Source: Roseicyclus sp. (GTDB taxonomy: Bacteria; Pseudomonadota; Alphaproteobacteria; Rhodobacterales; Rhodobacteraceae). From it: a stretch of 64,000 nt of DNA. The notes below the pieces were generated by a model, which was not told where the DNA came from, did no database searches, and saw only the letters and a list, made by a program, of their open reading frames with translations. The translations under genes and the position numbers were made by a program. This document shows positions 60,814 to 64,000 of this stretch, piece after piece (positions within the stretch are counted from its first letter, which is position 1; the number at the start of each line of letters is the position of its first letter). The stretch lies in contig NZ_CBFIIK010000003.1 of the NCBI RefSeq assembly GCF_965662675.1, positions 13,401 through 77,400 on the forward strand. The letters run 5' to 3'.

Positions 60814-61859
60814 TAAACGCCGCCGCAGACCGGGCAATCGCCCCGCCGCGCCAGCTTGATCTCGCGGCTTTCCGCCATCAAGGCATCATGGATCACCATC
60901 CGCCCGGCCAAGGGCACCCCCGCCCCGGTGATCAGCTTGACGGCCTCCATCGCCATCATCGCTCCGATCACACCCGGCAAGGCCCCGACGACGCCCGTTT
61001 CGGCACAGGTGGCCGACAGCCCGGGCGCGGGCGCTTGCGGAAAGATGCACGCCATGCAGGGCGCGCCGCGCGCCGGGTCATAGACCGTCACCTGCCCCTC
61101 CCAAGCCGAGATCGCGCCCGCCACGACCGGCTTGCCTGCGCGCACTGCGGCCCGGTTGATCATCGCGCGGGCAGCGAAGCTGTCGGTGCCATCGAGGATC
61201 AGATCATATTCGGCGAACAGCTCCGCCGCGATCCCCTCCTCCAGCGCCCGGTTATAGGGCCTGACCTCGACATGGGGGTTCAAATCCGCCATTGCCTTCT
61301 GCGCCGAAAAAACCTTGGGCATGCCTTGGCGCGCATCCGTGTGGATCACCTGCCGCTGCAAATTCGACAGGCTGACGGTATCGGCGTCGATCACGCCCAC
61401 CCGCCCCACACCGGCGGCAGCAAGATACAAAAGCGCAGGCGCCCCCAGCCCCCCCGCGCCCACGACCAGCACCCGCGCCGCCTTCAGCGCGCGCTGGCCC
61501 GACCCGCCGATCTCGCGCAGCGTGATATGGCGGGCGTAGCGCTCCAACTCCTCATCCGAGAACGGCCCCTTCGGTGCGGCTACAGGCGCGGCTTGCACGC
61601 TGCGATCCGCCCGCGCGCGCAACCATCCAAGCCCACCGCGATAGACCAGAACCACCCCAACCAAGATGCCCACGAACAACCATTCACCCAGCGAGCCACC
61701 CGTCGCCTGTCGCAAGGGATGCGTAATGGGCAGCACGATCTGCACCGCGACGACCGCAAGATAGAGCAAAGCCAGCATGACGAAGCGCGCCCGATAGGGG
61801 GTCTTCATCAGATGCCCCAAGCCCCAAAGCATTGCGCCCAGCGCCAGCACGAACACCAT
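60813..61859 (-). CDS. HesA/MoeB/ThiF-family adenylyltransferase with an N-terminal 3-TM extension
   Basis: RYARHITLREIGGSGQ...VLVVGAGGLGAP Rossmann motif and C-terminal CPVCG. Its ATG directly follows the dut stop (TGAATG). Confidence 0.8.
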   Translation of the reverse strand: MVFVLALGAMLWGLGHLMKTPYRARFVMLALLYLAVVAVQIVLPITHPLRQATGGSLGEWLFVGILVGVVLVYRGGLGWLRARADRSVQAAPVAAPKGPFSDEELERYARHITLREIGGSGQRALKAARVLVVGAGGLGAPALLYLAAAGVGRVGVIDADTVSLSNLQRQVIHTDARQGMPKVFSAQKAMADLNPHVEVRPYNRALEEGIAAELFAEYDLILDGTDSFAARAMINRAAVRAGKPVVAGAISAWEGQVTVYDPARGAPCMACIFPQAPAPGLSATCAETGVVGALPGVIGAMMAMEAVKLITGAGVPLAGRMVIHDALMAESREIKLARRGDCPVCGGV

Positions 61860-62327
61860 TCAAGCCACCCCGGTCGAGCCGAAACCGCCTGCGCCGCGCG
61901 CGGTCTGATCCAAGCCATCCACAATGACGAAGCGCGCCTGGATCACCGGCGCGATCACCGCTTGCGCGATGCGGTCCCCGTGGCCCACCACGAAATCCTC
62001 CTGCCCGAAATTCACCAAGATCACCCCCAAGGGCCCGCGATAATCGCTGTCGATCGTGCCGGGGCTGTTGGGCAGCCCCACCCCATGCTTCAGCGCGAGG
62101 CCCGAGCGCGGGCGGATCTGCATCTCATAGCCTTGCGGGATCGCCACGCGCAGCCCCGTCGGCACCAAGACCCGCGCACCGGGGACCAAGATCAACCCTG
62201 CCGCCCGATCCTCGGGCATCAGATTGGCGCGCAGATCGGCCCCCGCCGCCCCCGCAGTGGCATAATCGGGCAGCGCCACGCCGGGATCGGCCCATGCCTC
62301 GCGCAAGGTCTCGATCACAACGCCCAT
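61860..62327 (-). CDS. dut: dUTP diphosphatase
   Basis: 155 aa with [20 protein letters not shown] and [10 protein letters not shown] motifs. Confidence 0.95.
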   Translation of the reverse strand: MGVVIETLREAWADPGVALPDYATAGAAGADLRANLMPEDRAAGLILVPGARVLVPTGLRVAIPQGYEMQIRPRSGLALKHGVGLPNSPGTIDSDYRGPLGVILVNFGQEDFVVGHGDRIAQAVIAPVIQARFVIVDGLDQTARGAGGFGSTGVA

Positions 62328-62334
62328 AACGCCC

Positions 62335-62358
62335 CCTTCATCTTTCCAAAAATACGCA
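62335..62358 (-). promoter_or_regulatory. 24-nt leader motif (gene orientation TGCGTATTTTTGGAAAGATGAAGG) 7 nt upstream of the dut ATG
   Basis: Identical at 23 of 24 nt to 7611-7634 upstream of folD. Confidence 0.4.
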
Positions 62359-62372
62359 TGCGTCCTTGCCGC

Positions 62373-63569
62373 TCAGGCCAGCGCATCGGCAATGCGCAGG
62401 GCCAGCCGCCGGGCGACCTCGGCCTTGGCCAAGCGCGGCCAGCTTTCCGCGCCCTCGGCGGTGATCAGCGTGACCGCATTCTCGGCCCCGCCCATGATCC
62501 CCGTCTCGGGCGAGACATCATTGGCCACGATCCAATCGCAGCCCTTGCGCGCGCGCTTGGCCTCGGCATGGGCCACGACCGTCTCGGTCTCGGCGGCAAA
62601 GCCCACCACAAGCCGCGGACGCCCCGCGCCCATCTGCGCGACATGGGCCAAGATGTCGGGGTTTTCCGCGAACGCCAGCGCGGGCGGCCTGCCCGTGCCA
62701 TCCTTCTTCATCTTCTGCCCGGCGGCATTGGCCACCCGCCAATCGGCCACCGCCGCGGCAAAGACCGCCGCATCGGCCGGAAGTGCCGCCGCCACCGCAT
62801 CGGCCATCTGTTGCGCCGTTTCCACCGCGAACACATCGACACCGAAAGGCGGCGGCACGCTGGCGGGACCGGTGATGAAACTCACCCTTGCCCCCAGATC
62901 GCGCAGCGCTGCCGCAAGTGCCGCCCCTTGCGCCCCTGATGAGCGGTTGGCGATGTAGCGCACCGGGTCGATCGGCTCATGGGTGGGGCCGGATGTGACC
63001 AGCACATGCCGCCCCTTGAGCGGCCCATCGCCAAGTGCGGCAGAAATGGCCGCCACGATCTCGGGCACCTCGGCCATGCGCCCCGGCCCGAACTCGCCAC
63101 AGGCCATCGGCCCCTCGCCCGGCCCAACCATCAGCACGCCATCGGCCTGCAATTGCGTCAGATTGCGCTGCGTCGCAGGGTGCTCCCACATCCGCACATT
63201 CATTGAGGGCGCGATCAGCACCCGCTTGTCGGTCGCCAACAAAAGCGTCGTGGCCAAGTCACCCGCCAGCCCCCCCGCCATCTTGCCCATCAGATCGGCC
63301 GTGGCGGGGGCCACCACCACCAGATCGGCGGCGCGGCTCAACTCGATATGGCCCATCTCGGCCTCATCGGTCAGATCGAACAGATCGCGGTAAACCTTTT
63401 GCGCGGCCAGGGCCGAGACTGACAGTGGTGTGACGAATTCCTCGCCCGCCCGCGTCAGCACCGGGGTCACATGCGCGCCATGCTCGCGCAGTCGCCGGAT
63501 CAGGTCGAGCGCCTTGTAGGCCGCGATCCCGCCGCCGATGATCAAGAGAATCCGCTTATCCGCCAGCAT
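62373..63569 (-). CDS. coaBC: Bifunctional phosphopantothenoylcysteine decarboxylase / phosphopantothenate--cysteine ligase
   Basis: Starts MLADKRILLIIGGGIAAYKA (ATG at 63569); flavoprotein N-domain plus DFP C-domain. Confidence 0.93.
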   Translation of the reverse strand: MLADKRILLIIGGGIAAYKALDLIRRLREHGAHVTPVLTRAGEEFVTPLSVSALAAQKVYRDLFDLTDEAEMGHIELSRAADLVVVAPATADLMGKMAGGLAGDLATTLLLATDKRVLIAPSMNVRMWEHPATQRNLTQLQADGVLMVGPGEGPMACGEFGPGRMAEVPEIVAAISAALGDGPLKGRHVLVTSGPTHEPIDPVRYIANRSSGAQGAALAAALRDLGARVSFITGPASVPPPFGVDVFAVETAQQMADAVAAALPADAAVFAAAVADWRVANAAGQKMKKDGTGRPPALAFAENPDILAHVAQMGAGRPRLVVGFAAETETVVAHAEAKRARKGCDWIVANDVSPETGIMGGAENAVTLITAEGAESWPRLAKAEVARRLALRIADALA

Positions 63570-63827
63570 CCCCGGTCGCCCTTTTGCTCCGCGCGGAAGG
63601 TTAGGGGCCCGCCATGCCAAGGGCAATGCCAATCTCCCTCGGCCGCCCCTGCGGCGCGCGCCATAGGTGCTGCGTCACGCGAACGCTGCGGCCCGACGCC
63701 TAGCGCAGAAAGGCGATGATCTGGGTCGGCACCACGGCCTCATCGGACCCTATCCGCGCATCGGGTGCGGCGACAGAGATCGACAGGACGAACAGCCCCG
63801 CCAAAAGCGCCAATGGCGCATGGAGGA

Positions 63828-64000
63828 TCACGCGGCGAAGAATGACCGAACCTCTTTGGATTGCGCCTCGAGCGTTTTGCGCATCTTGGCGAATGCTGCC
63901 GCCTCAAGCTGGCGCACACGCTCCTTGGACAGGCCCAGCTCATCGCCCAAGCTTTCCAGCGTCCGCGGCTCGTCACGCAGTTTGCGTTCGCGCACGATGA
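63828..64000 (-). CDS. rpoH: RNA polymerase sigma factor, RpoH (sigma-32) type, C-terminal 56 codons only
   Basis: Not in the ORF track because no start lies in the window. My translation reads IVRERKLRDEPRTLESLGDELGLSKERVRQLEAAAFAKMRKTLEAQSKEVRSFFAA*, a region 4.2 HTH. Confidence 0.75.
   Translation of the reverse strand, partial: IVRERKLRDEPRTLESLGDELGLSKERVRQLEAAAFAKMRKTLEAQSKEVRSFFAA

Overview
GC-rich alphaproteobacterial, Rhodobacteraceae-like core chromosome. I found no IS element, integrase, prophage, CRISPR array, rRNA or tRNA. Gene content in order: the end of a Tad/Flp pilus locus (TPR protein, CpaA), an AAA+ ATPase, and an Lhr-like helicase with PdeM. Then a membrane LytTR protein, folD-fhs with a MOSC gene, and a long co-directional minus-strand block: ruvCAB, one unknown gene, ybgC, tolQRAB, pal, cpoB, tilS, ftsH. 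Then a DUF1127 gene, prmA, an MFS transporter, homospermidine synthase, rpsD, a Hint-domain protein, an LpxR-like outer-membrane protein and nrdJ. Then hisS-hisZ-hisG, slyX, dnaE, and xdhABC joined by overlapping start/stop codons to a BMP-type nucleoside ABC transporter. Then a dimethylglycine-dehydrogenase-like enzyme, a DUF938/FAD-oxidoreductase/2-hydroxyacid-dehydrogenase cluster, dcp, moeB-like, dut, coaBC and the 3' end of rpoH. No obvious accessory or defence system is present. The non-trivial signals are at small scale. (1) A structured repeat family of about 65-80 nt has four intergenic copies, each directly 3' of a gene. (2) Two more degenerate copies of it lie in-frame inside xdhA and xdhB, reminiscent of Rickettsia RPEs. 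(3) A motif identical at 23 of 24 nt sits just upstream of the folD and dut start codons and resembles the repeat tail. (4) A 32-bp-stem leader hides the SD and AUG of a Pro-rich 23-codon uORF, which is ATGA-coupled to an FAD-oxidoreductase gene that has no SD of its own. Many long antisense ORFs in the track are GC-driven shadow frames and were rejected. All product calls rest on motif and family recognition by eye, not on database searches.
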